Below are positions 1-12,470 of a stretch of DNA of 64,000 nucleotides, piece after piece. This DNA is from Geosiphon pyriformis uo1 (taxonomy: Eukaryota > Fungi > Glomeromycota). The notes beneath the pieces are model-generated. The model saw only the letters and a list, made by a program, of their open reading frames with translations, did not search any database and was not told the origin of the DNA. A program made the translations under genes and the position numbers. The number at the start of each line of letters is the position of its first letter. The first letter of the stretch is position 1. The DNA lies in the NCBI GenBank assembly GCA_016748015.1, contig JAAOMT010000741.1:518462-582461 (forward strand). Reading direction: 5' to 3'.

Positions 1-1980
1 TTCTTGTGTTAGCATCACTATTGCGGAGACAAAAAGCATTGTTATATAATCAGTAGGTATCCCTTGGTTTTGTGGAACAAAAAGAGAATATGTAAAACGA
101 ATCTTACCCATTGCGGGACTTGAATGTGCAAATTTACATTTTGGCTGTAGTGAGAAGGATTGAAACCATAGATTATCAAATGTTTTTAATCATTATTTAA
201 AAGGTGATAGGATGACCTACGTTTGTACATTCGGTATCATATTTGCATCCTACTTCTAACAACACAGAAGGTGCTGCACCGGTACCGATAGAAGCAGGGC
301 TCGCATGTGCAAATACACAAGTTGGTTTTGCACAAGCTTCCCCGAATTTACAAAGAGCAGTGGGATTAGCCTGAATGCTTGTTGTTGATGATGAAGTAGT
401 CGTTGTAGGGGCTGCAGGAGGTACTGCGATTAGAGTTGTTTGCGATGTGTTTGCGCTGGATGTGGTGATGACATTTTTGGGGTTATTGGTTGATTCACCA
501 TTAGTTGTTCCCTTTTCACCGTTTTGTTTTAGGACAGTCGCAGTTTGGGTACTAGAATAACTTGGTTGGTTTGTGCTAAAAGATGACCCCATAGATTGTC
601 TGGGAAGATGGTTTCGTCTCAATGTACTTGGTCGCTGGAAATTATTCTTAATAAGACTAGGCCCCGGCATAAATGGACGTCTTATGGGGAAGGGATCGAA
701 AGCGTCAGTAGCAGGATGAATATATAAGCAGGTTCTATCTGAATTCGGACAGTTCGGAAAAGCTCTGAAATGATATTTAAAATTACAAAAAAATGATTTG
801 TCAACAATGTAAAATAACAAAGTTTCTATAAAGTAGAAAATATGAATTTTACCCGCATATCTCAGTAGGATGATGGAATTTACATGCTGCTCCTAAATCA
901 CAGTTAGGCCAATGTCGACATCTAGAAAGTTTAGGTCCAAGAACTATGCTATCCGTTATATTATGAGATCCCATCATATCAACATCTGTAATTGGGGGAG
1001 CGGGATTGTGGAAAAATGCAGGATTGATATATGCTGTGGTCATTCCCCCTTTTTTTCCTAATCGATCCAAAACACTTCGAGGTTGAGCGAAAGGTCGTGG
1101 TGGCTCAAAGTTGAATTGAGGTGGAAAAGAAAATTGTGGCTCAGGTAGCCGTCTCTCGTTAACTATGTTTTAGAATATAAATGTTAGAATCTTTGGCGTT
1201 TGATATTTATGTATTTTTAATTTCGAGCTGTTCAGACATACAATATCTAGGACGCTCAGGTCTGGGGGGCGTCTCATACATAAGCTCTGGTGACGGACGA
1301 TCTGGGGTTAACTGCACTACATTAACTCTATCGGGGGTTAGCTGATTAATTTGTCTTTCAGGAGTGAAATTTGCATTATTCGAACTGTTTCGAGCTGGAC
1401 TTGAGCGATTATTCATCCGATCCGGAGATTGCCGCTGCAAATTCCTCTGATTATGTTCACTTGGAATATTATAGCTATTATTCTCATAAGAACGGAACTG
1501 CTCAGGTGCAGAATCAGTTTCAATTTTTCTGGCCTTATGTTGAAAACGATCATCATCTATTCTAAAATCACTAGTTGGACTGTATGGTCGTTTAGCAAGT
1601 TGTGCCTTTGTCATATATTCGTCTACGTAACATCATGAATAAAAATTTATCAAAATTAGCTGAAGTGTTTTCAGTAAATAAATCCTGAAAATAACTTACC
1701 AGCCCTATCCCCATTCCCTTCACTTCGCGCACTTCTACTTGCGTCTTTTACAGCAGTCATAAAAAGGCGAGAGGTGGTAGTGATAGCGTTTGACCTCCTG
1801 TACAGAATGAAATTTTTTAAGAGGAGTGGAGTTAAAACTTTGAACAAAAACTGAATTATTCAAAAGTTGATCACTCATACGTGAGATAAAGGCGGGGTAG
1901 AACCTTTGTGAAGAGCGCCCTCCAACACTAGCAACCACCGATCTGACGCGTCGTTGTTCAAGAGGTTCGTTGTGATACAT
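1..1980 (-). CDS. NAB2: Nab2/ZC3H14-like CCCH zinc-finger poly(A) RNA-binding protein (multi-exon; 3' end runs off the window)
   Basis: Tandem CCCH fingers across exons: RCRHWPNCDLGAACKFHHP, FPNCPNSDRTCLYIHP, LCKFGEACAKPTCVFAH, CKYDTECTN..KCKFAH. ATG at 1980 (MYHNEPLEQRRVRSVV), GT-AG introns. Confidence 0.75.
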
Positions 1981-2145
1981 TTGAATTGTGAAAAAAGAGT
2001 AAGGCAATAGAAAAAAAAGAGAAAAGTGACCGCGTTCGATTCAAACCACAATGGTTTTATTTTTTGTTGGGATGTTCGATGGCATACTGCGAAGCTACGA
2101 GTAGCAACCAATTAAAAGAAAATCCTTGCGCCACTATGTGGTTGC

Positions 2146-2320
2146 AAAAAAAGGATAACAGATGCTGACGATTTTATGATCAAATGACCTTTCGTCATTC
2201 TAAACGCAACTGCGCCATAGAGTTGCCACAAGTGTGCCTCATCAATCGATGCGTGTTAATCTTTTTTTTTTTTAAGTAAAATATAATTTTTGATATCTGG
2301 GCGACACACGATACCCTTCA
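2146..2320 (+). ncRNA. Candidate structured Sm-type RNA, U11 snRNA-like (tentative)
   Basis: 5' AAAAAAAGGATA is complementary to the U12-type donor TATCCTTT. Stems TAACA/TGTTA, TGACGA/TCGTCA and GCAACT/AGTTGC, a CATCAA motif, and an Sm-like AATTTTTG at 2285-2292. A T12 run before the Sm site is atypical. Confidence 0.25.
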
Positions 2321-2949
2321 TGGCGGGAGCTTAACACTCAGTGTTTTGTGACCTCCGCGACTTTTGTCTAGGGCAAGAATGCAAGGATACTCTTTTGACC
2401 CGTTTGTCCTGTTGGACAGACACCACCATTATACTCCTTCATTTCCTACCAAAAATCATTATGTCAAGCCAGTTTTTTTCTTCCCGCTGTCAGTCTTGTC
2501 AATTTTAACAACATAAACATATTTTTCTGTAGACCAAAATTGAAACTATTCGAATTTGTTATTTCGCAGAAATGAATTTTGAAACCCATATCACAAAATA
2601 CTTGCAGTTGAATAGTTATGCTAAATGTAGTATGCTTGAAGTTGACGAATAATATTGTCTACACAAGTGAAAGCTTGAATGATATCTCTAATGCATTTAA
2701 GGAATGATTAATCAATATTTCAGAGGACAGTAATTCACTTTTAGGGGCGAAAAAAAAAGCTATTAAACTCTTTTATTGCCTAAAAACAGGCATAACACGT
2801 TAAACAGAGATAAAAAATTTCTAGAAAATCAGGATTTCAAGCTTTCTCAAGTTAGTCACATAAGTGTAGTCTTTATAGGTTTCAAGAAATATTTTTCTGA
2901 TCCAAATCCAATGATATAGAATCAGCACAAGGCAAAAGTTGAATTAATA

Positions 2950-3696
2950 GTAATTATTGACAAAATAATTATCATGAATATTATTTATTTCATTCACAAT
3001 GAACCAATTTGATATATTTATTGATTCATTATAATCTTAAGAAAAAAGAAGAATAAATACTATTAGATTTATGATAAAACAATAAAAATTAAAAAATAAG
3101 AAAAAAACAAAAGAGAAATAATAAAAGAAAAGTATTTTTAATCAATGTTTTATAATTTTATTTTACAAAAAGCTGATTTTTTATATAAATAATGCTTTTT
3201 AAAATATATAGCATAATTAATTAACAAATTTTATTTTAAATTAATTTTTTATTTTATTATCAACTTAGTTTTATAAATATTAAATAAAGTAAATTATGTA
3301 TATTAATTGTTTTTAAATTTATTTTTACTGAAATAACATAATGATATTTATAATAATATAATAAGTTATTTTAATTATTATTATAAAAAAATAAAACCAA
3401 AAGTATTACAACAAATAATAGTAAAAAATAATAATATATTTATATAATATAATAATATTCATAATTAATTTGTTATTTTAAAGATAAATATTATTAATAA
3501 CTTTTTATAAATTAAAAAATATATTAAAATTATAACTTTTTGTAATATATAATATGTAAATTTTGCTTTTAAAATATCAATTAATTTTTTTTAATTTATA
3601 TTAAATTATAATATTATTATTAATTATATTATATTAAATAATAATTAAACTTAATATGTTAAATAATATATATATATATATATTATATTAAAATAT
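2950..3696. other. Extremely AT-rich decayed DNA (left flank of repeat island)
   Basis: Almost devoid of G/C, no ORFs. Confidence 0.5.
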
Positions 3697-6600
3697 ATTA
3701 TTATTATTATTATTATTATTAATTTAATAAGTACAGCTTAACCATTACTTAAAATCATACAATCATATAAGATCTTATATTAAGTTTAATTTATGCTTTT
3801 TTTATATATAACCAGCTACTTAGACCAATCAAAATAGCATTATACACCTAAACTATCAATTACAGAAAAGTTTTGCAAAAAACCAAAATGTATACTAATT
3901 AAACTAAGATACAAGCTGAAACAAACATAAATATTTAATTTGATGCCAAAATCACAAATTATCTTAGAAGACTATAATAAAGCCAAACCAGAAATAACTA
4001 AAACCACTAAATTATTATGTGACAAGAGGCCATACTTTTTATAATCCACACTTAATTTGGTGGTTGATAACTATATGACAGATTTATAATCTTTAACAAA
4101 ACTTCAGACCAAATTAATGTCCAACAAATTTCTATTAAACCCAGCATCCAACAAACTTACTGTATTAGCCATTCACTCTTTCATTACAAAATTTTTAATT
4201 AATATCATATATAAATGACCAAAAGATTTTACTTTTTATAAGAATTAAATCACCATATAATTAATAATATAGGCACTTAACAAATTAGTCTAAGCTTTAA
4301 AAATGGTCAAAATTAAATTTTTTCTGGTACAAATGTCTTAGATATACAAAAATATATGGTCAAAATCTTCAATTAAACTGTACTAGATATATAATAGACT
4401 AAGATAGCTTGACTTATACAATTTTTTTTTTTGACTATATGTAGTTAATAATATAAGGCCTTCATAAAATAAAACTAAAACACTACAAAAACAGAGCTGG
4501 TAGAATTAGAACAAATTCTATTATTAAGGTGGTAAATATTAAGAGTTTGATACATATCAAATAGTTTGCAAAAATTTATATTTACAGTACTATTTGTGCA
4601 CTTAAATTTTTAACTAACAAAGTTAACAGCTTCAAAAAAATATTTTATAAAGTGATAGTCATTTCCAGAAACAGACCTATCTTTAATGACAAGAAAGCAA
4701 TATAACATTTTAGCAGACAACATAAACTCAAACATGATAATAGCATCAGCAAAAAAGTCAATACACTTATTGCTAATAACTCCAGAATGATTTTTTACTT
4801 TGTTCTAACCAACTAATAAATTTTTAGATACAATAGTCAAATGAATATATTTTTTTTTAACTTAGTACTTATCATAAAAATTAAAACTGACAAACTTATC
4901 TATTGAAACACATACATTTAACAATGCCTGACTATCCATAAACAACACTACTAAATTAAATACAGAAATACAATTCAAAACAAGAGCAATAGTCTGCAAT
5001 TCCATTAAAATTAAAAAAAACAAGTCATAAATCTAAACACCAATACTTAAATTAATATCTAAAAAGTAAACAGCAGTATTATCATAAATATTTACAAACT
5101 CCAAACTTTTGACTGATCAATCTGTATAGACAATTATAATATTAGATTCATTTTTTATAAGATGCTTATTAATAAAGCCAAAATCACAAAACAGTTACTA
5201 AAAATAAAACATCAAGCCAAAACATTATCATTAACCAAATCACTATTTTTAATAAACAAAATTAATGAATTAAACCAACCAAAAACAAAACCCTTAGAAT
5301 TTAATCTTTTTTATCTGCAAAATGTACTCCATATAAAACACATGTTATAACAGTTTAGAAGTTGATCTGCAAAGACAATACTAAATTTTCTCAGTGAGCT
5401 TACTATGTTTATATAATATTTCACACCTAAAACATTTATAACAATAATATTGCAACCAGTCCAAAAAACATTAAATACATTATTAATCAAAAACAACTAC
5501 ATAATATTAACATGTTGGTATTACCAGCCAAAAAACAGTTTATAAAATTGATTAACAATACAATCAGAAAACTAAAAAGTTGTTAAAACATTTAATTAAT
5601 AGTCTATAGATCTATAGCTTTGTGTTTAAACAACCTGCTGAAAATACTATCTGAATTGACAAAGATAACTAAACTAGTTAACAAATTTTCAGCCTATATT
5701 TGTCCAAATAACTTGAAATTATACAATTTAAGATAAGAAATAGCTTCATTGAGAAAGTTCTTAAATAAATTAGCCTTAAGTTTTAGCCCCCTTCTTAATA
5801 TTTTGTTCTATTTTTTACATACACTTAGTAAAATATAACTAAATTGTATCCTATAACTAATAATAAGCTGAAAAACTACAAAGACCAAATATAAAAATTG
5901 CTTGTTTAAAACAGCTTTCATTAAAACTATGTTCATAAAAAACTTAATATCTAAGTAAGTTTTAGTAAAATTTGGTTTAGAAAGATTATTTATAAACAAA
6001 AAATATTCAAATATCAATAAAATTTACTTTTTTTCACTAATAAAATGCTTGACTTACTAATCAATAATTGAGAAACTTTTATTCTTTAATTAATAGGTAT
6101 AGGAACCATTTTTTTTATGTTAATTAAAATGTTATTAATTTGAAAAAATTCATTAGCTATGTCCAAAATATGTTAAGTAACAGATATGCTATTTCTAATT
6201 TAAATAGTTATCTTTAGGATTCTGCTTGTCAATTTTTATAAAAAACTTTGAATCCAATTTGTAACTATATAAATCCTCATGTTTTTTGATCTTACAGAAC
6301 AAAGAGTCATAAAAAATCTTTTACAGCAGTAATAAAAAAAATTTTTTTTAATCCAAACTATTATGAATAATATATCTATTTATAAGTCTAAAATTAGTCA
6401 TTATTTAATTGACCTAATTGTTGTGTATACTTTTAAAAAACTTATTCAAATAGAAACATATTTTGATCTTAGTCAAACTGTTTTGCAAATAAAATCAACT
6501 AACAAAGTTGTATGTTTAAAGAATCAACTATAGCTCTTTGTTTTTTTTCAGTATATTTTTAATTAATAAACTAATAGCAAAAATCAAAGTCTGAGTAAAT

Positions 6601-7081
6601 GTGCTTTTTAGAACTGAAAAGTTATTTCTACACAAAATATCAAATCTATTGTAAAATAAAAAAATTTTATCTGAAAAAATTTTAAACAAAATTTTTCAAG
6701 CTGTTTTAATTAAAATTATTGGTCTGGTATTAGTAAAAGTTTTTTTTCAGTTATATGACTTTGGTATTATAAAAATTCAGATTTGTTTCTACTGTATAGG
6801 AATTGCATCTAATACTAAACACACATTAAAAATATCTAACAGACCAATTGGCATTTACTTATTACTATGTTTCCAAAGCTTATTAAGGATATCAGAGAGA
6901 TCAGTGGCTTTTTTATTAGACAGATTTTTGACAACTTAGAGAAACTCATCAAACTTAATATCACTCATTACCTCTGTGAAAGCATTATTATTAACATAAT
7001 TTAAGAGAGCATATTGATTAAACCAAACACCAAGTATTATACACTCTTTTGTTTATTTTTTCATAATCTTGTTGGTTATAG

Positions 7082-7735
7082 TGTTACGGGTTGGAGTAAC
7101 AAACTAACGGATAGTAAGAGAGAACAGGATTGTAGGGTGATGAAAATAATCAAAGGGGATTCAACTTTAAAGAGTGAATTGAATGAGTATGGATTCAATG
7201 TGCGAGATCAGTCTTATAAAATATCTCAGTCGCTATTCTTTTCAAAGATAACTAAGGAATCTGAAGGTAAAGAGATAGTCCGTACTATCAACAATTAATC
7301 ACCACTGATATAATTCTATGTCTCATGTCGGCACTCTTAGAATTCAATATCAGGTATCAACTTGTGTTTTTCAGTCATGTTTATTCAAATAATCTTCAAA
7401 TGCTACAATTATATACATCAGAAAAAGACCAACAAGTAATTTTTTATCCTAAGATGTTCGGATACTTGAAGGTAGGGAAAGGAAAATTAGCAATAAGAGA
7501 GTGATTGAGATGAAAGTTGTTATTTTTATTTATTTGATTCTTGTCTAAGAGATGATTTTCTACAGCTAAGAGACTCATCACTTATATAGCTATTGAAAGT
7601 AGTTAACGACCAGGTCAATGGTCAGGTCATTAATCAGGTCAATGATTACTATCTAAAAATAGAGTGGCTAATTATATGACATCAGTGACTAATACATGTG
7701 ATAACTAATAAAAATTATGGGTTTCAACTGTAACA
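7082..7735 (-). repeat. 3' LTR (654 bp)
   Basis: Ungapped direct repeat of 14073-14726 with TGTTAC...GTAACA termini; purine-rich tract GGAGAAGATGA at 7736-7746 on the minus strand. Confidence 0.97.
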
Positions 7736-8457
7736 TCATCTTCTCCAAAGAGATTGAGCTCCGGTGAAATCAAGCTATTTATAGGGTATTCTAATTGAAC
7801 AGTTTTGTCTAACTCAAAACTAACTAGTTTGTTGAAGTCTTTTGTGGATAGAGTGTATAGTACTTGAGGCAAAATAAGCTTTGTATCCAAGAGACCAAAT
7901 CTTTGTATAAGAGTTTTGGCTCTTTTTGCAATAATCAAAACTCTTGGGACATCTAAATATATAATGCCCAAAATTTTCACTTGTATCTCTAAAGTTGTTT
8001 TTTTCATGAGCTTCATTTCTTCTATGATTTCACCAAGACAACCATAGAATTCTAGTTGCCTTCCATATGACAAGTTTTTGTCTATGGGCAAGATTTCCTT
8101 AATCGTTTTTCCAATTGTTATGGAAAGTGTAAGTATTGCTGCTGTTATGCTTTCCAGCAAATACTTATCCATTTTGCTACCAATTTTTTCTCTTCTGGTA
8201 GTGGTTTTCTTTGGTCTAATAACAGTATGTGTTCTACTGTTATCAGTTATGGTGGTTTGTTTTCCAATAGTCAGAGTAGCATTTGGATAATTTTTGATCC
8301 AGTACTCATAGAGAGTGTAGAAAGCGTTTTGAATGTTTTGATCTAGAAAATAATTGTTTATGTCAATTGAAGATACCTCTGTTTTGGGAATGGTGCATTT
8401 ATTTATATTTGATTTTTGTTGATCATTTGGGTTGGTATTATCACAACAAATAACTAA
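7705..8457 (-). CDS. Extra ORF (ORF3) of the Gypsy element, unknown function
   Basis: Stop-free frame of about 250 codons downstream of integrase (first in-frame ATG 8172). It runs through the PPT and ends inside the 3' LTR. Confidence 0.55.
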   Translation of the reverse strand, partial: LVICCDNTNPNDQQKSNINKCTIPKTEVSSIDINNYFLDQNIQNAFYTLYEYWIKNYPNATLTIGKQTTITDNSRTHTVIRPKKTTTRREKIGSKMDKYLLESITAAILTLSITIGKTIKEILPIDKNLSYGRQLEFYGCLGEIIEEMKLMKKTTLEIQVKILGIIYLDVPRVLIIAKRAKTLIQRFGLLDTKLILPQVLYTLSTKDFNKLVSFELDKTVQLEYPINSLISPELNLFGEDDVTVETHNFY

Positions 8458-9716
8458 TCAGGTCGTTTGTGATATTTCTTGAGTCATGTGCCATGAACAG
8501 GGCAATCATTGAAGATTGTTCTATATTGATCTTGTAAGATATAAGAACTATTGTTCAAAACTTTGTTAACTATAAAGAGTCCTTTCTACCGGCTAGAGAA
8601 TTTATTACTATAGATATTGTCTCTGTCTGAATGGTATTCTAAAACTAAGTCACCAACACTTAAGGAAAGTGTTTTATATGTTTTTTTTTTCTTAAGCTTC
8701 TCTTGGAATTGTTTTATCTTTTCAAAGACAATTATCTGTGCTTCTACTAATAAGTCAAGAATGGTACTAAGTCTTTTTTGCAAAATGTCTTTGTAATTCC
8801 CTATTGTTATTTTTTCAAAAGATATTGTCTCAATGTCAGTTTTTATTGGTAGGATTGCCATTTATTCATAGAGTAGATAAAAGGATTCATAACTTGTTAT
8901 GTCATGATTCACAGTTCTATAAGCAAACAAAGCTGAAGGCAGTACTTTGTCTCATAAGTTTGTTTTTTCGCTGGTTTTGGCTAGGGTTTCACATAGTGTT
9001 CTATTGAAATGTTCCACTAGGCCATTTGTTTGGGAGTAATAAGGAGAGAAAAGTTTGTGACATATTTCCATTTTTCTGCAAAGTTCTTCAACAAGTGTAC
9101 TAAGAAAAGCTCTTTCTCTATCAAATAAAAGTTCTTTGGAGCAGCCATGGTAACAAATGATATCTTCATAAATAAAATTGACTATTAAAACTGCTGTTTG
9201 GTCTGGAATAGCTCTTGCTTCTACCCACTTTGTAAGATAGTCAGTAGCTGTAATAATGTATCTGTTGCCATCAGGAGTTATTGTTAAAGGTCCAACAACA
9301 TCTATACCAATTCTGTCAAAGGGTTGACCAACAGAGATTAGATGGATATCTTTTTTGTGATTGGGTTTTCCTCTTTTTTGGCAGATATTACAGATTTTGA
9401 TGTATTCAGCAATGTTTTTTCCCAAGGTAGGCCAATAATAGCGAGCTAGAGTTTTCTGAATTGTTTTTGTTTTTCCAAAGTGTCCAGCTAATGGATCAAT
9501 GTACATATTGTAGATCACAATTTCTTTTTCTTCAAATCTGATGACTCTCTGGAAGCGGTCAAGATCATTTCTATTTCTTTTATAAAGTTGGTTTTGGCAA
9601 ATCAAATAGAAATTTGATTGTTTGCACAAATGTTCTTTTTGTTGTCATGTGTATTTTGGTGGGTATTGTCCTTTACCCAAAAATTCTATTAAGGCAGAGT
9701 AGTTGTCCAAGTCTAT
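8455..9716 (-). pseudogene. Gypsy integrase (HHCC + DDE + GPY/F-like C-terminus)
   Basis: GHFG..CNICQ, FDRIGIDVVGP, DYLTKWVEA, SQTNGLVEHFNRTL; in-frame stops. Confidence 0.92.
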
Positions 9717-9784
9717 TATTGTGTTTGTCAAAAAAGGGGGAATTATTAATAATTAAGTTGGTTTGGTTTAAGAAGGTTGTTCTG

Positions 9785-12470
9785 TTACTGGATGGTAAGT
9801 CTGGAGAGAGCATCAGTGTTTTGATGATTAGCTTCTTTGTAATATTGAATATCATAGTCAAATTCATTCAAGTGGAGTATCCAGTGAGTTATCCATTTGT
9901 GTTCTAGCCTCTTTTTGTTGTGCAGCCAAACCAAAGCTTGGTAATCTGTTACCACCAAAAACTTCATACCAAGAAGATACTTACTTCAGTAACTGGTGGA
10001 CCATACTACTGCTAAGCATTCTTGTTCAGTAACTGAATAGTTCTGTTCTGTTGAGAAAAGGGTTCTACTAACATAGGCTATGGCATGTTCTTTGCCATCT
10101 TCATCTTTCTGGGAGAGAACAGCACCAAGTCCAAAGCCAGATGCATCAGTATGGAGGATAAAGGGTCGATCTAGATCAGATTGCTTAAGGATGGGTTCTG
10201 TAACCAGTTTTTCCTTTAAAGTTTCAAAGGCTTTTTGCTGATGTGTTCTCCAATAGTAATTGACATTTTTCCTGAGTAGCTGATTGAGAGGAGAGGTGAT
10301 TTTAGAGAAATCCTTAACAAATTTGTGATAATAAGAGACCAAACCAAGAAAAGAGCATAGTTTATAAATGTTCATTGGTTGTTTAATGTTTTGAACTTTT
10401 TCAACTTTGGCTGGGTCAGAAAAGATTCCATCTTTTGTGATAAAATGACCAAGGAACTGGGTGGATTGTCTTCCAAAGAAAGATTTGATTGGGTTGATCT
10501 TGAGGCCAGCATTTCTGAGGAGGTCAAAAACCTTTTGCAAATGTTCCAGATGTTCATTCCAGGTTTTTGAGTATACTATTATGTCGTCCAAATAGACTAG
10601 AACAAAGTTTTCTTTGACTGATTCAAATACTTTATCCATTAAGCATTGGAAGATGGGAGGGGCATTGGTAAGACCAAAAGGCATGACTGTGAATTTATAG
10701 ATGCCATACTTGGTGATGAAGGCAGTTTTCTTTCTGCTTTCTGGATCCATCTTTACTTGCCAAAATCTAGTAGTTAAGTCAATGGTTGAAAAGAAAGCAG
10801 CATCTTTGAATTGGTCTAACATTGCATTAATCTTGAGAAGTAGGTACATGTCTCTTTCAGTGATGGCATTTAATTGACAATAGTTGACACAAAAGCATAG
10901 TGTTCCACCTTTCTTAGATATTATTACAACTGGGAAAGCCTATTCACTCTTGGTTTCTTGTATGAATCCAAGTTCTTTCATCTGGTTTATCTCTTTCTTG
11001 ATAAACTCATCATTGTGCTGATTGGATTGATAAGGCTTCAAATGAATGGGTTGAGTTTCTCTGGTGGTGATGGTGTGTTGTATCACATGAGTACATCCAG
11101 GGGTATCACCTTCTTTGGAGATAACTGGGCTATTTCTAGCCAGCAAATTTTCAATGTCTATTTTTTTTTTCTAAGGAGGGTTCTTTTTGTTCTACAGCCA
11201 GTGATTGGATCTCAAGTGGTTCATTCTCAAAAGACTTCTGTATTTCTTTCAATTCTTCTCTGGGTATCAAACTGATTGGTTCCCAATCTCTGTAATAGAT
11301 CAGGCATGATTTGCATTCATCATTTGAAGAATACAAGAGTTTGTTGCACCAACACCAGGCACAAGGACCATGCCACCAAAAACTGTATTTGGCTTTTTTG
11401 CCAGGTTTTCTTTCAAAGGTTCTTTTAAGAATATCATAATAAGACCAGCAAATCAGCTTGCCATTTACAATGATTCTTTTTTTATCTGCTTTAACATTGT
11501 CCAGTGGTTTGCCATTGCTGGTAAAGGTGGTATAGGCGAGTTCAACAGTTTCTTCTTGCTCTTTTTGTTCTTCTTCTTCATCGCTCTCTTCATTATCTGA
11601 TTCATCTGATTATTCTTCTTCTTGGTTTTGTTTGGGTACTGAGAAAGTTGTCTAATGACAACACTTAACCACAATGGGTTTCTCACCACATCTGATGGTT
11701 AATTCACAAAGTTCATAATCAAGCAAAGCTTTTGCTTTCTTGAGTCATTCATTGCCAACAATAATAGTGTATTTCTTGGCTTCAGAAACTTTCATGTCAG
11801 TTTTAATGCTGATTCCATTGATGCGGACAGGAACAGTTTTGGCAATACCCAGTTCTTTCTTTTTGTCACTATGTATGTTGGTCATTGGTCTGGTAGAAGG
11901 TTCATTAATCTTTCTACCAATTGCTTTTAAGAAGTGTTTGGCAATGACACTAACAGATGATCTACTGTTCAGAATTAAGTCAATAAAGTATCCAGCCACT
12001 TGGGCTTTACAAATCAGAGGGGTGACATTGCTGTTGTCAGCAAGTCCAATTTGGCGAGGGCACTTGTTAGTTTTTGGTGTCTTTTTTTTTGGAATCAAGG
12101 ATTTGCAAAGATCCTTTCTGAACTGTAGATGGGTCATTAACTGGCCAAAAGTAATATGTGCTGGAGTTTCTATGAGATCTTTGACAATGGAATAGGGTCC
12201 AGATTTTTGTATAATTTCTGGGAATTCTAACTTTGGAGGATTCTTAAAAATTTTAGCCTTTGGTGGTTCATTGTTATCAGCAGCAGAAGTTGAAGCTTTG
12301 TTGGGATCTAAAACGAAATCAATCTTGGCTTTTTTCTTCTTTCTGGTTGGTTCTGAGATGTTAATTGCTAGTTTATCTATGTCATGGTCATTATCAGTTA
12401 AGTTAAAAGTGTAAAAGGGGTTTTCTTCTGATTGGCTTGTACTCTCACCCTTTGGAGGTGTGCCTACCAG
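9785..12470 (-). pseudogene. Gypsy pol: aspartic protease, reverse transcriptase, RNase H
   Basis: LILNSRSSVSVI (decayed DSG), MPFGLTNAP, VYLDDII, HTDASGFGLGAVL, EQECLAVVW, DALSRL; stops and a homopolymer frameshift near 11160. Confidence 0.95.

Noticed and set aside
2164-2200. CTGACGA as a hammerhead ribozyme core
   Set aside because: No GAAA core strand or compatible stems.
7014-7298. Plus-strand ORFs in the LTRs (7014-7298, 14286-14495)
   Set aside because: Not conserved between the two LTR copies; chance frames.
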